Origin: Schizosaccharomyces osmophilus
Lineage: Eukaryota
Assembly (NCBI RefSeq): GCF_027921745.1
Contig: NC_079239.1
Location: 1,178,001-1,242,000 of the forward strand
Direction: 5' to 3'
Length of the DNA: 64,000 nucleotides
A program made the position numbers and the translations under genes. Under the pieces are notes generated by a model, which was not told the origin of the DNA, did not search any database, and saw only the letters and a list, made by a program, of their open reading frames with translations. This document shows positions 24,347-37,083 of the stretch, in pieces; the stretch's first letter is position 1; every line of letters starts with the position of its first letter.

Positions 24347-25998
24347 TTAAGTTTTTGCACTGCTTAAATTTCAGTATCGTGCACAATTGAATATTAGGTT
24401 TTTAAAAGATTTTGTTTAATATTACTTTTTTGTTGATAACCTCTGATATCAACAATGGTTTGTTTGTATTCCTACGTTTTACAAACAGTGAATAAGTTGA
24501 CCTTTATAACTGACAGAAATTAACAACCTTTCCAATGGAAATGGTAAAAGCTGTTTTATAATGAGTTTTTAACTTTTGTTGACCCTTATTGTTATATTTA
24601 ATCATCCCCCAAAAATGGAATCAAGTCAAACATTATATAGAATATGACATAAACCGGAAAAGATGGTTGCAACCTTTGAAGAGGCAAAGAGTTTAGCTAC
24701 GTGGCTCCATTTTTAACGAATACAATACTGAAGCTACTAGATTCAATTATCGTCTTCAAGTCATGAAATTATAGAAATTACAATTGTAATGTTTTCTGTA
24801 AACCCGTTAACACTTAGCCTGTGGAATGACGACAAAGACGATGAATAAATCAATCGAAAAATGAATGAAAACAGTTTCCGATTTTGGTAATGGTTGTATA
24901 TTTGTGGTTTCACGTCTTATTTATTTATTTTTTTTTAATTTTTCTTATTAGTCATGTTTTAAACGACTCGTCAGTAGCTGCTAAAAAATTGTACCATTTG
25001 CGAAAAGTTATTATATTTGCATAAGCTTCTTTCTCCGGTGCTCATTCTAGCCGAATGTTTTGTTAAAAATATTCCGTATTTCGCGAGGCAGGAAATGAAT
25101 GAAGGGAGATTTTAAAGTTCATCTTTGTCCCACATAAGTACGTTGCCATAAAAGAACAATTTAATAAACGTGGACTATGAAGAAGCATTAGAAATAAAGA
25201 AAAACAAATTTCGTCACAAAAACGCACATATCGGCTATTTCCATTAATAAAGCTTTTCAAGGAGAAACCCCAAGAAAGGAAGAAGGAAGAATAAAGAGAT
25301 ATAATGATAACCAAACAAAGTTCATAAGGTCAGAATAACTAAAAGATCGTTATCCCCACACGAAAAACGAGGATCGTTGCTGTAAAAAATAAATACGGGA
25401 TACTTCATCAATACTTAGGAAGGACGGACGCTCTAAATTTCATTAATTGAAACAAATGATTTCAATGTTTAATCTTTCTAATAGATTCCGGAGCAGATGC
25501 CTCTTAATTACGAGAAGATATAGCGCAAAATCGTATTGACATATCAATGAATTAATTGATGAACTTGTAAAGGTGAAAGAAGAACAAGTTGAAGTGATAC
25601 ATTAGGACTAACCAAGTTTATTCTTGGTATTATTGATACTATAATGCGAATTGGATTTTATTCTTTCCATACATATATAGGTGCCAATATTTTCTAGTGT
25701 ATTAATCTCAATATATCCAATATGGCTTAAGCAGCTAAAAGCTGTGTATAAGTGTAAAAGTAGTTACAGATGATAATTCTCTAGGTTTGTCAATACTACG
25801 AATGTTTCGTAAAAGGTTTAAGTTTTCAACATTTTCTCCTAAAATTGTGTTAATAGTTTCCAATGTTTTTCGTTTTTCGTTTTTCTTAGTTTGAATATTT
25901 AACAACAGAGGTAGACAAATGATGTAAACAAGCTTTTAATCAATTGATTAATAGTTTACAGCAATATATTAATTAACTTTTAACGATAAATAAGCAAA

Positions 25999-26069
25999 TC
26001 TTCCTTAGTATAGGGGTAGTACACCAGCCTGTCACGCTGGCAGCCCGGGTTCGAATCCCGGAGGGAGAG
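25999..26069 (+). tRNA. tRNA-Asp(GTC)
   Basis: TCTTCCTTAGTATAGGGG, CCAGC-CT-GTC-AC-GCTGG, GTTCGAATCC. Confidence 0.95.
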
Positions 26070-26430
26070 TGATTCTATTTTTTGGGTTTTTAATTTTTTG
26101 TTTTTTTTTTTCGTTTTTTCCTCACACTTGGGTTCTTCCTTGCATTTGAGAACGCCATTCGATTTTGCGTTTCTAATACTGTTTTGTACATGGCTTTCTT
26201 CATCTTTGGCTGTTCACTCAGAGTCATATTCATTAAGTGAAAGTAGATGATGATGATGCATGCTATCAGGTGAAATGAGACAAAAAATTGCTAGTAAACT
26301 GACACTAAGCAAACTAAATGAAACCATCAACAATGAATAGGATAATAGCATAGATGTAGAAAAAAAATAAACATTCATCATCCATTGGATGGTTCTAAAA
26401 AAAAAGAAAAGTTGAAAAAAGTGAAGGCTA

Positions 26431-26513
26431 TGACCGTGCCAAGACTCGAACTTGGGACCGTCTGCGAACATTAAATGTTAAGCAGAAATTATAACCATCT
26501 AAACCACACGGCC
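26431..26513 (-). tRNA. tRNA-Val(AAC), intron-containing
   Basis: GGCCGTGTGGTTTAGATGG, TCTGC-TT-AAC-A[9-nt intron]CGCAGA. Confidence 0.93.
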
Positions 26514-27047
26514 TTCGTTGAAGGACTTCCTGTTCTTTACGATTACAACTTAGATGGTAAGGGCATTTCGCTCCCAAGGTTTCCTGCAAAGGCAAAGGAG
26601 ACAGACACTCATACTGAAGCAGTTTCTGTGGTTATGTATTTCTCTGATTGTCTCAATCAGTGTTTGTTCATTACCTATGTACGAATACAATGTATTAATT
26701 TCGTTGCTTTTCTATTAATATTATTTCTTTGCTAGGCCGTTCTCAATATTCAGTATTCAACATTTAACAATCAACAATCAAAATTCAGTTCAATTTCAAT
26801 GTCAATGTCAATTTCAAAATAAATAACTAAACAGCTAATAACGATGGCAATAACAATAATGCAATACTTTTTTGTTTCTGCTTCTGCTTCTGCGTATCGT
26901 GTGAGAACCAATACATATAATATGATATAGAAAGATGAATGAATTTGAATATACGTATGAGTACTTTGCAAAGGAACAAGTGATAAAACTTCATTCTTTA
27001 TTTTAATTGCTTTGATATAGCTTATTTATCCTAATGTTATCAACCAA

Positions 27048-27121
27048 GGGCATGTGGTGTAGATGGTTATCACGCTTCCTTAGCATGGAAGAGGTCCCAG
27101 ATTCGAGTTCTGGCTTGTCCA
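27048..27121 (+). tRNA. tRNA-Ala(AGC)
   Basis: GGGCATGTGGTGTAGATGG, CTTCC-TT-AGC-AT-GGAAG. Confidence 0.95.
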
Positions 27122-27405
27122 AGTTTTTCTCTTTTTTCTTTTTTTTCCGTTTTGTCGTTATTTCATTGTTTCACTATATTGCTTTTTTTTGCTCTTGTTC
27201 CAGTGTTTCTATTTTGGTTTGTTATAAATTTTATATATTGCGCTCACTGGGTTGATCATACAGGGTGTTTTACACTATGTTGGAACTCTGCAATAAAAAG
27301 ACATTGCTTCAACAAAAGATCTACAAAAGATCAACAAATAATTCAATCAAAGAGCAAATGAAATGGATTTGAAATAAAAAAAATAAAAAGAAACGAAAAA
27401 ATTAA

Positions 27406-27479
27406 TGGTCACAGCCAGGCTCGAACTGGCGACATTCGACTTATTAGATCGACATGATAACCAACTACATCATGCGACC
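27406..27479 (-). tRNA. tRNA-Ile(AAT)
   Basis: GGTCGCATGATGTAGTTGG, TCGAT-CT-AAT-AA-GTCGA. Confidence 0.95.
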
Positions 27480-27554
27480 ATTTGTTACAAGCACTTTATG
27501 TTAGTGTAATCTAATCTGTTCTTTAATAACTGTGTTACTTTTCTGCACATACAC

Positions 27555-27586
<32 letters not shown>

Positions 27587-28094
27587 TCTATATTTATATC
27601 TATATCTAATATACATGCATGCAAGTATGGATGTCTGTCAGCAATGCAAAGCAAAGCGAAAGAAAGAGATTAAAATAAAACACTCTGCATATGATTTTAT
27701 AAATTTTAGCATAAAAAGCAAACGATAAATTCATAGTAGCAACCGCAAACTACACATCCGTCGAACGAAAACAATCAGTAATGCTAAAGCGAGCTAAATT
27801 AGCTAAATGAAATAAAAAAAAAAAATCTCAGAAAATATATATATATATATATATATATATCATTAATCGCTCGTATCAAAAATAGCTCAATATGGGGGAA
27901 GGAATTGATAGCAGAGAAAAGTAGGAGATATGAATATATATATATTAATAACTAGCTTGTCAGGGAAACGAGCGGATGCTTGGTTGGACATGGGACATGA
28001 CAATCATACTATGTAGTATGTAGTATGTAGTAAACGTTACAAACATTCAACAAAAGCATGAAAAAAATTTAGGTAGACAAGTAATCAATCAAGA

Positions 28095-28167
28095 GGCCTC
28101 GTGGCCCAATGGTCAAGGCGCCTGACTACGGATCAGGAGATTCCAGGTTCGACTCCTGGCGGGGTCA
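28095..28167 (+). tRNA. tRNA-Arg(ACG)
   Basis: Same sequence as 22946-23018 in the opposite orientation. Confidence 0.95.
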
Positions 28168-29656
28168 ATTTCTTTTTGCTTTTTTTTGCTTTCTTTTCTT
28201 TTCTTGTTTCATTCCATTTTGTTTTGCTTTTCTTTACCCTTCTATTAGCTAAATGAATAAGTTCGTTCTAAAACATGCAACAGCGAAACGGAATATGAAA
28301 ACAATAGATAACAACCGCCCCGTGAGTGTACGTTCATCTTCTTTTCTAGTCTCATATAGTCATCGTACACCTCGGGATGTTGCGCAAAACATCTCATGAC
28401 CATTTGTAAATTTCCATATATATAATATAATAATATAATCTTGTGCAGCTTCTTGTCCTTGAGAAACACACATAATCTTCCTGAGGGAACTAAGGAATGT
28501 CTGGTTTGGCGAGGCGGTTCAGTTTGTTCGTGTTATAGATCATAACATGAATTCATTGGACTCGTAAGTTCCTTCTCAATGTAAGAAACCGATCATTTCG
28601 TTACTTTCCATGTGTACAATTTATGATCAAACCTGATTCTGTGAAGTTATGTAGACTCGTCATGGATTTCCTCACACTTCTTAAGGACGATTTATACAAT
28701 ATTTACATGATATTTGTAAGCTTATTAAAAGGGTCAATGAAATGAACAAGTGGAAAGAAAAAATAAAACACAAATATTGAAATGTTTAAGAGAAAGTAAG
28801 AAATTTCCAAAAATCCGCATGAGTATGTCTGAATGACAGATAGAAAAAGTTTCGAATCTAATACGAATCATTTTGATTTACACTCGCCATTATCTTGCAT
28901 GTACGTACGCCCTATACTGTTCTGAAGTACGAAATACGAAATACGAAATACAGTGAGTGGAATTTACAAATCATATGAGGATCATATGAACAATCAAATA
29001 TTTAAATATTCACAAATTTTTCAAACGGATAATTGAACTATTGAGTAGGACTCATAGTGTATTCTATTGCCAAGTGTCATTAATTTCGTAAACGACATCA
29101 GGCTTTTTTATCGTATTGAACGATAGCTGAATTGATTACAATTTTTATTTTGTTTTGACTTAGCTGGTAAAACTGTCTCATTTGAATTGATCCCCGAGTT
29201 GTTAAGCGAAGAATCATTCAGGCTCAATTGATTCTAGCTGGTATGCAATTATTGTTAGTCATGTTGTCATAAAGAGTTGTTGTCTTTACACAGTGCGAAC
29301 ACTACAATAACAAAAAAAAAAAAAAAAAAATTAGCTCACTTATAAAATTTTATTGTGTAAATTTTTTTAAATAAACTTATATAATGAAAAGCTGTAACCA
29401 AATTAATAACTATACGAGTAGTCAACTGGTTAGAATAAGGTTATAGAAAAATATTCTCAATATAACGTGCCATTAATTAATCGTCGAAATTTTTTGTAGT
29501 TTAAAAGCTAGTGGAGGAAGACATACGCTATAAGTGATGCTTAGTAGTAAATTCATCTTTTTAAAAACGTAACTAACCTCGGTTATTTTGCACTTATTGT
29601 GGGACCTGTTCGTTTGTTTTTTACCGAAATATAGTTAGAAGTTCGATTTAATCGTT

Positions 29657-29828
29657 CGTAGCACGGCCATGGGCGTGAAGTTGATAGCACTCGATACTTT
29701 GATACGATACGATACGATACGATACGATACGATACGATACGATACAATACAATACAATCAAGCCCACCCACCTACCCACCTGTCAAGTCATTTCTATAGC
29801 TAATTGATTGTTTGCATGATAACGAATT
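29657..29828. repeat. About 170-bp pericentromeric element, copy 2 (inverted)
   Basis: Reverse complement of 16385-16533. Confidence 0.9.
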
Positions 29829-29892
29829 TTAAGAACCTTATGTTTTCTTTTAAGCATGTGGGCATGTGGGATTATGGAAGAAAAGACAGTAC

Positions 29893-29999
29893 AGTGTATA
29901 TAGTGTATATAGTGTATATAGTGTATATAGTGTATATAGTGTATATAGTGTATATAGTGTATATAGTGTATATAGTGTATATAGTGTATATAGTGTATA
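29893..29999. repeat. (AGTGTATAT)n 9-bp tandem array
   Basis: About 12 perfect units; produces a spurious poly-VYI ORF. Confidence 0.95.
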
Positions 30000-30181
30000 A
30001 GAGATGGAAAGTTATGGAATTTTAGTTATGATGGAGAGAAAGGGGGAAGCCGTTCAAGCTTTCCATTCTTCTTTTGCGCAAAAAAAAAAAAAAATTTAAA
30101 CTTACCTCCGTATTTTTCCCCTCTCCTCCCCTCTTCTGACTCTCCTCACGTGAAAATAAAATAAAAAAAAAAGTGAGAGGG

Positions 30182-30300
30182 AGCCTACAGCACCCCGGAT
30201 TCCCATGTTGTCTCCAACCATAGTACTAACGAGGCCCTCAGACGCTTAACTGCAGTGATCGGACGGGAACTGGTGTTTTCGCCTAGGTATGGCCGTAGAC
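30182..30300 (-). rRNA. 5S rRNA gene (dispersed)
   Basis: GTCTACGGCCATACCTAGGCG...GGGAATCCGGGGTGCTGTAGGCT, 119 nt, followed by an oligo-T terminator. Confidence 0.97.
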
Positions 30301-30464
30301 AACTCTGTATCTTTTTTAAGCTATCTATACTATTCATAAGTTACTTTAATAGTATACGGGGTTTGTGTTACACATACGTTTGTCATTGAATTGAATTGAA
30401 TTGAATCCAAACAAAGTAATACGAAATGGCGTTCATCTTCCTTCATCATAAGAATGATGAAATA

Positions 30465-30499
<35 letters not shown>

Positions 30500-30832
30500 A
30501 ATGAAAATTGCATATCAGCATGATTTCCCGTCAAATGATTGATATTTTGGTAAAGACGAGATTTTTAATTTGTGAATTTATTTAATTACTCGTCAGGTAT
30601 GGAGTCAGGTCAGTAAAGGGAATAACTTTTCGCTCCAATATTATTTTAAATTTAAATAACCATAACAAACATCAGTACATACATATATATATATATATTG
30701 AGGTAATAACCATTTTTCATGAGCGAATGCATTTGAGAGGTATCATTCACTGGCAGACAGCGCTTTATTTGCAGCAAATAGATAACATTGATACTGTCTA
30801 TCTATACATACAAAACCACCATGATTGTAATA

Positions 30833-30906
30833 GGGCATGTGGTGTAGATGGTTATCACGCTTCCTTAGCATGGAAGAGGTCCCAGATTCGAGTTCTGGCT
30901 TGTCCA
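30833..30906 (+). tRNA. tRNA-Ala(AGC)
   Basis: Same sequence as 27048-27121. Confidence 0.95.
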
Positions 30907-32870
30907 AATTTTTTCTTGGTTTTCATTAATAAATAATCACCCAGCCGGTCTCGGAAATATCTACGTGCAAAACATATTACGCTAAAGAAAAAAAATGGTC
31001 GCTATTCATAGGAAATTTCTAAAAGCCTCCTCATAAATAAGCTTTCCATGTTGATTATCAGGCAACCTAAATGTCAACATCAGTGGACCACAAACCTAAA
31101 AGGAACTTCTGCTAGTATGTTAGCAATCAATGCTTTACATAAATTCTGCAAACAAACCATTGATTCTAGACAAGGTCTGTTTTTTGTCAATGCTCCACTT
31201 AATAATTTCTGTTTGGTATTGAAACACTTTTTAACAAGCAAAACTACTATTTATCATACAACGACAACGACAATGCCTATGGCAATGGCAATGGTAGTAT
31301 AAAGTTATATGCTTGAAGATCCATACAGTATATTCAAGTCGTAAATGTGAAAGCAGCATAATACCGTCTGCGGATTTGCAACAGAAATTTTTATTTAGTA
31401 ATTTCTTCTCATTTCTATATTCGTTTTTTGTACAGTTCCACGAATGCCGGTTCCAGTTGATCCATTTATTACATAAAAGCTTTTACTCTTTCAATTTTTA
31501 ATTGGAAGCTGATCATTCGGTTGAAATAATAAAGATTATGTTTCCAATTTCGAAGTACTTTCTATATCTTTATTCGCTTTTCGTATGTATTTTCGGGTAA
31601 TTGAGTGAGTTGCAAATCCTTAATATCTGCATATTCCAATCAACGGATATAGATAATCTAAATATTCTAGTGCGGCACCTATTGCCTTTATCTTTGAGAG
31701 CGTCCAGAAAAGTAGTGCTACGACATGGCTATACGATCAATTTGGTTCTGACCGTCCTCATTTGTGGGTGAGATTGTGGTATATTGTGTCGCAAGCCAGT
31801 CTTCAGCTGTAAAAAATTGCATGTTTTGTTGGAATAATTCAATAAACGATTGTTTTGGGTATGGGGATTAACGTTCTTATGGTCTCCCTTGATATAAAAT
31901 GCTTTCTACCTGACCGCTATACAAAGCTGGAATATTCATATAATAGATTTAGTTAGCCTAAAGAAACTTGTTTACTTCATTAAACCGATTATGTACCAAT
32001 TCTTGCAACACATTTTTTGATATTTTATGCGAGTAATCTTAATTGCTGAAAGCTCTCTCCTTAACAAAAGTATCATTTCAACTCTGAGAAACACTGGGGT
32101 TTCTCCCATTTCAAATGCTTTTCTCTGGTATTTGGGATAGACAGGAAAAACTAATACTATAATGGCAGTCATATAAAGATTTGGTCTATCAAAGGAGCTA
32201 AAAGAAAAGTCAAATACAAGGAAAAACAATCTTTTCTTGCAATAATTAGCCAAAGAATATTTTGTGCTTTAGTGCGTAAACATAGCAATATTAATTATAT
32301 TAAGGTGTAGAATATATCGTGCTGTTAAACTTACAATCACAATATAATAACATGTATCATTTTATTTTGAATATATATAGTAATAATACACTGCAGCTGT
32401 TCGCAGTGCACAGAAGAACACTAAAATATGTTATAATATGTTTATAACAATACATAAAATGGATCAAATCAATGATGAGTGAACGGTCATTCTATTACTG
32501 GCTCTCTGTCCTCTTCTTTCTCCCCATTTGTATTTGCTAAAGGTAATAAGCAGTACGGCAGGTGTGAAAAGGTAATTGAAGTAATGTACGAGATGGAACT
32601 CGTTTGAATATGCGATTCGCTGTTGATTGGCGATCTCAGGGTAGGATGTACTGCACCGAAATGAATTGACAAGATTACAATAAAAATACATACTCTGCTA
32701 TTGGAACTGTCTAACATCATTTTATAAAATAGCGCTTCGATGGCAATGTGAATTTACAAAATCATTAACAAGCTACCAAGGTTCTACACCGTTTTTGCAA
32801 ATTGATTATTTAATAGTTATGACAAAAAAGGATATAGATATAATATTATAACGCAAGGTCTTTTAACAAA

Positions 32871-32941
32871 TCTTCCTTAGTATAGGGGTAGTACACCAGC
32901 CTGTCACGCTGGCAGCCCGGGTTCGAATCCCGGAGGGAGAG
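32871..32941 (+). tRNA. tRNA-Asp(GTC)
   Basis: Same sequence as 25999-26069. Confidence 0.95.
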
Positions 32942-33309
32942 TGATTCTTTTTTTGTGAATTTTTAATTTTTTGTTTTTTTTTTCGTTTTTTCGTTTTTTC
33001 CTCATACTTGGGTTCTTCCTTGCATTTGAGAACGCCATTCGATTTTGCGTTTCTAATACTGTTTTGTACATGGCTTTCTTCATCTTTGGCTGTTCACTCA
33101 GAGTCATATTCATTAAGTGAAAGTAGATGATGATGATGCATGCTATCAGGTGAAATGAGACAAAAAATTGCTAGTAAACTGACACTAAGCAAACTAAATG
33201 AAACCATCAACAATGAATAGGATAATAGCATAGATGTAGAAAAAAAATAAACATTCATCATCCATTGGATGGTTCAAAAAAAAAGAAAAGTTGAAAAAAG
33301 TGAAGGCTA

Positions 33310-33392
33310 TGACCGTGCCAAGACTCGAACTTGGGACCGTCTGCGAACATTAAATGTTAAGCAGAAATTATAACCATCTAAACCACACGGCC
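33310..33392 (-). tRNA. tRNA-Val(AAC), intron-containing
   Basis: Same sequence as 26431-26513. Confidence 0.93.
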
Positions 33393-33798
33393 TTCGTTGA
33401 AGTAGATTCTACTTCTGTTTATATTAAGCAAGTTGCTCATAATTACGCCTACATTAGAAGACAATGGTCGATGATATGATAACTGCCATCTTTACAGCTG
33501 GGTTCGAGCAAAGTATGTCTTAGCTTTTTTAAAAAAGCTACCAATAAACATCTCATGTGATCCTTACAAAACAAATATAACAAATAAATAAACCCAAGTC
33601 ATGAAGTAGACCGTTTATTGTCATTATAAATAAGAATATTTTATTTTATCCACTTCTATTGCGACAAATCCACTCACAATTAAAGACCACTGATTCTTTG
33701 TGACTATGTCAGTCATTAATATAAATTACTATATGTTATATATATAAAACAAGGTATTAGGCTAACACTTGACTAAAACTAAATTAAATATGAAAAAA

Positions 33799-35526
33799 TT
33801 AACAAATACTATGCAGAACTTGTTTTACACGTCCTTTGGCATCCTTAGGCTTTTCATCATCCAAAAGATCCTCAAAAGTATGCAAGCCTGTATCCAAATC
33901 GATGTCATTTAAAGATCGAATATAACTTCTGTCATAAATCTTGTAACCGATAAAAAAGGTGATGACCACGATAGCTGCCAAGTAACCTTGGAAAAAGCTA
34001 CTTGCGTTAGGCTTACCGCCGATAGGAAAAAGTGATACATAAAATTGAGCAATTAAACATAAAATGTTGAAGCCCAAACCGATACATGAGCCCCAGATAC
34101 CCATAGGGGACACAAAACCAAGAGTATCCAAAGAACGACCTTGCTTTTTCATAGCAAGTCTAAAGATAATATGGCACAAGTTAATACTACCCCAAGAAAA
34201 GAAGCTCGAAAGACCAGAGATAGAAAGCAACCAATTGAATACGGTAGTACTTTTATCTTTGGCTTCATTAATATAAGCCAAGAATCCAAAAGAGAGGACC
34301 ACAATCATGGCCATTAAAGGACGACCCAATCGATCGGTATAAGAAAAGAAGGAAGGCGCATTCTTGTTAATAGCAAGGGCGTGCAAGGTACGGCTTGCGA
34401 TATAAGTACAAGAATTGGCGACTGAAATAACGGAAATAATAATAACGGCATTAAACACAGAAGGAAGTCCTTTAATTCCAGCTTCTCTGATAGCAAGCAC
34501 GAATGGAGAAACACTGGCACCACTGCTGTTATTCATCAATTCAGGGTCATCAGGACTAACCAATAAACTAACCATAAGCAAACCGACAACATAGAAAATG
34601 GCAATACGCCAGAAAACTTGGCGTGTAGCGTGGGGTAAGGACTTTCTCGGGTTTTCAGCCTCAGCAGCTGCTAGACCGACAGCTTCGGTACCTGAAAACG
34701 AAAAAGCGGCTGTGGTAAACACAGAACAAAAGCCTTTGAAGCTGTGTCGGAAGGGTTGATGTGAAATAATTTTACCACCGATATAACCTCTGTCATCGGT
34801 AGGTACACCACCACAGTTGATAATGATTGCCAAAATAATGAATCCGGTAGTAGCAATCACCTTAACTGTCGACAAGACAAACTCGACTTCACCATAACCT
34901 TTAATACCAAACAGATTGACAAAAATAATTAAGACTAGAAAAATACTAATCCAAGCAGCACTATTAATTTCCGTCCAATATTTAAAAGTGATAGCGCAAG
35001 TGGTTAATTCTAAAGGAAAAGTGACAAAATAATTAAAAAAATAGTTCCAACCGCAAGCGAAGCCCCAACCAGGGTCGATAAAACGCATGCAATATGTGTA
35101 AAAGCCACCGGCTAGCGGATAAGCGACAGCCAATTCACCTAAAGCGTAGACCGTACAAAACATCATGATACCAATCAAGGTATAATTAATAATGACCGAA
35201 GCAGGCCCACCAGTAGCAAGGGAACTACCAGAACCTACGAAAAGACCTGTACCAATGGCACCACCAATGGCAATCATTTGCATGTGTCGTCCTTTCAGGC
35301 TTCTTTTCAAGCCGACACCGTCATCTCTGACAGATGTTGCAGGTTTAAAATCGTTGATAATGCCTCGGAAAAACCCTTCCTTCTCTGGTTCCAATTCATA
35401 AAGTTCTCCTTCAGCGCTGGTATCTGAGGGACCTAGATCGACCTTCTTTTCATCTTTTGCCTCTTCATAATTCGTTTTGTTGGGAGGGTATTTTTCGAGA
35501 TTGTTTTCGTTAATAGAAGTCGACAT
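33799..35526 (-). CDS. per1: Amino acid permease (APC/YAT family)
   Basis: RHMQMIAIGGAIGTGLF, FSFSGTE, multiple TM segments. The family call is firm; the symbol comes from synteny next to rpl10-lys1. Confidence 0.85.
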   Translation of the reverse strand: MSTSINENNLEKYPPNKTNYEEAKDEKKVDLGPSDTSAEGELYELEPEKEGFFRGIINDFKPATSVRDDGVGLKRSLKGRHMQMIAIGGAIGTGLFVGSGSSLATGGPASVIINYTLIGIMMFCTVYALGELAVAYPLAGGFYTYCMRFIDPGWGFACGWNYFFNYFVTFPLELTTCAITFKYWTEINSAAWISIFLVLIIFVNLFGIKGYGEVEFVLSTVKVIATTGFIILAIIINCGGVPTDDRGYIGGKIISHQPFRHSFKGFCSVFTTAAFSFSGTEAVGLAAAEAENPRKSLPHATRQVFWRIAIFYVVGLLMVSLLVSPDDPELMNNSSGASVSPFVLAIREAGIKGLPSVFNAVIIISVISVANSCTYIASRTLHALAINKNAPSFFSYTDRLGRPLMAMIVVLSFGFLAYINEAKDKSTTVFNWLLSISGLSSFFSWGSINLCHIIFRLAMKKQGRSLDTLGFVSPMGIWGSCIGLGFNILCLIAQFYVSLFPIGGKPNASSFFQGYLAAIVVITFFIGYKIYDRSYIRSLNDIDLDTGLHTFEDLLDDEKPKDAKGRVKQVLHSIC

Positions 35527-37083
35527 TTTTAATATTCAAAATAAAATAATTTAAAAAGAAAAGAAAACAAAGGTTATCGAAGGTATGCTATTAGAAATTT
35601 AAAGGCGTCAAAGACGAGTTCAATGATATAACAAATAAACAAACTGAGGAACGCAATAGTGATCTCTCTCTTCCTTTTGTAGCACGTTTGTTCAGTGGGC
35701 AAAAATGATAGAAACCAATTTTGCAGGACGATTCAATTGGAATGTCAAAAGATCCTTCTAGTTACGGAAAGAGACCTTGAAGGAAATAAAGAGAACGCGA
35801 TTAACTTGCTCAACTATAGGAAAGTGTAATCTTTTCGCTTTTCCTTTTTCTTTCTTCTAATATAAACCAAAAAAAAAGAACAAAAGAACAACGTTTATTT
35901 TTTAAAAACCACCTCTTTTAACTAGTACTGTTCGTACAACACTTTTTTTGGCGACGACAGTCCTCTTATATATAGCACAGACGACAAATATATACACATG
36001 GTTTATGCTCAAGTGCGACGATATAAATATTCAACTCATTGCAGATAAGTGATGGCTTGGACTATCGGCATGATAAGATTAAGCAAGCGTAGGCACGTCA
36101 AGGTTAAGAGGCGGAAACAAGCATTTATTTCGTAACCATTTGTAATATTTAAGTAATCCAAGAAAAGAATTGGATATTATAATTCTTTTTTCTTTCTTTT
36201 CTTTTGTTTTGATTTGACTTAAAAGAAATCCAAATTCTGTTCATGTTCACTTGTTGCGAAAAGGTAAAACACTGTCACCTAGATAGGCAATATCTCTGTT
36301 ACCCATCCTTTATTCCTATCTTCTCAGTCTAAGCAAGTTTCATTGGTTTGATAACCAAAAGTCTTCTTTTGGCACCCCAAAGTCTTAAATCCTGAACCAA
36401 TAAACCGACAGAATATCAATTCGTCGACTTAGCGAATATGTGCCTGTAGAAGTCCATTCAGACACTGGAAAAACAAAAACAAACCATTTCCCAGTGCTTG
36501 CGTTAAACCAATATGAAAGCAACGCAGATACAAGACCAACATAATTGGTACTCTATACTAAAAAGAAAAGATATGGGAAACGAAAAAAATAATAATAGTA
36601 CATTGTATGATCCTTCTGAAAAGTACTATCACAAAAAATTTAATAAATAATTTTTCCGTCCTCCATTTTATTCAAGTTTGTTTGTTTTTTTGAGAGAAAG
36701 AACGTAGTTGCTTAGTTTGAGATTAAGGATGGAAATCATTGGAGTACTTCTATAAATAGAAAGAAAAGAAGTAACTGATCAGAAATGAATAAGGTATGAT
36801 CATTGAACTAGGTGGGTAAACATTTGCCAACCTGTGGTTCACTTTTCATCCAACGACTCTTGTACAATCTAAAAAAGGCGAATTGAATTCCCTCTCAAGT
36901 TGAAAAAAAGGTTTAGAATACTAGTGACGCTTGTTATTTTAGAAGACACAACCTCCGACACCTTACACTCGAAGATTACATTTTACATTTTACGTAGAAA
37001 TTCAACTTCAACTTTTAGTTCATATTTTCCATAAAGTATATCACAAGCATAAAACAGAACATTGTATTTCCTTTTCCTAAGTT

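Larger units (their letters stand above)
25995..26523. repeat. tRNA-Asp/tRNA-Val cassette, direct repeat copy 1
   Basis: Nearly identical to 32867-33402, including the about 360-bp spacer. Confidence 0.93.
32867..33402. repeat. tRNA-Asp/tRNA-Val cassette, direct repeat copy 2
   Basis: Nearly identical to 25995-26523. Confidence 0.93.

Noticed and set aside
29893..29999. 9-bp array as an interstitial telomere or CRISPR-like array
   Set aside because: No spacers, and no match to the GGTTAC-type telomere repeat
29583..30025. ORFs with IVSYR and VYI repeats
   Set aside because: Translations of 5-bp and 9-bp tandem repeats
32904..33113. 69-aa ORF in the Asp-Val spacer
   Set aside because: Runs through poly-A tracts into antisense tRNA-Asp; the other cassette copy differs by indels in those tracts
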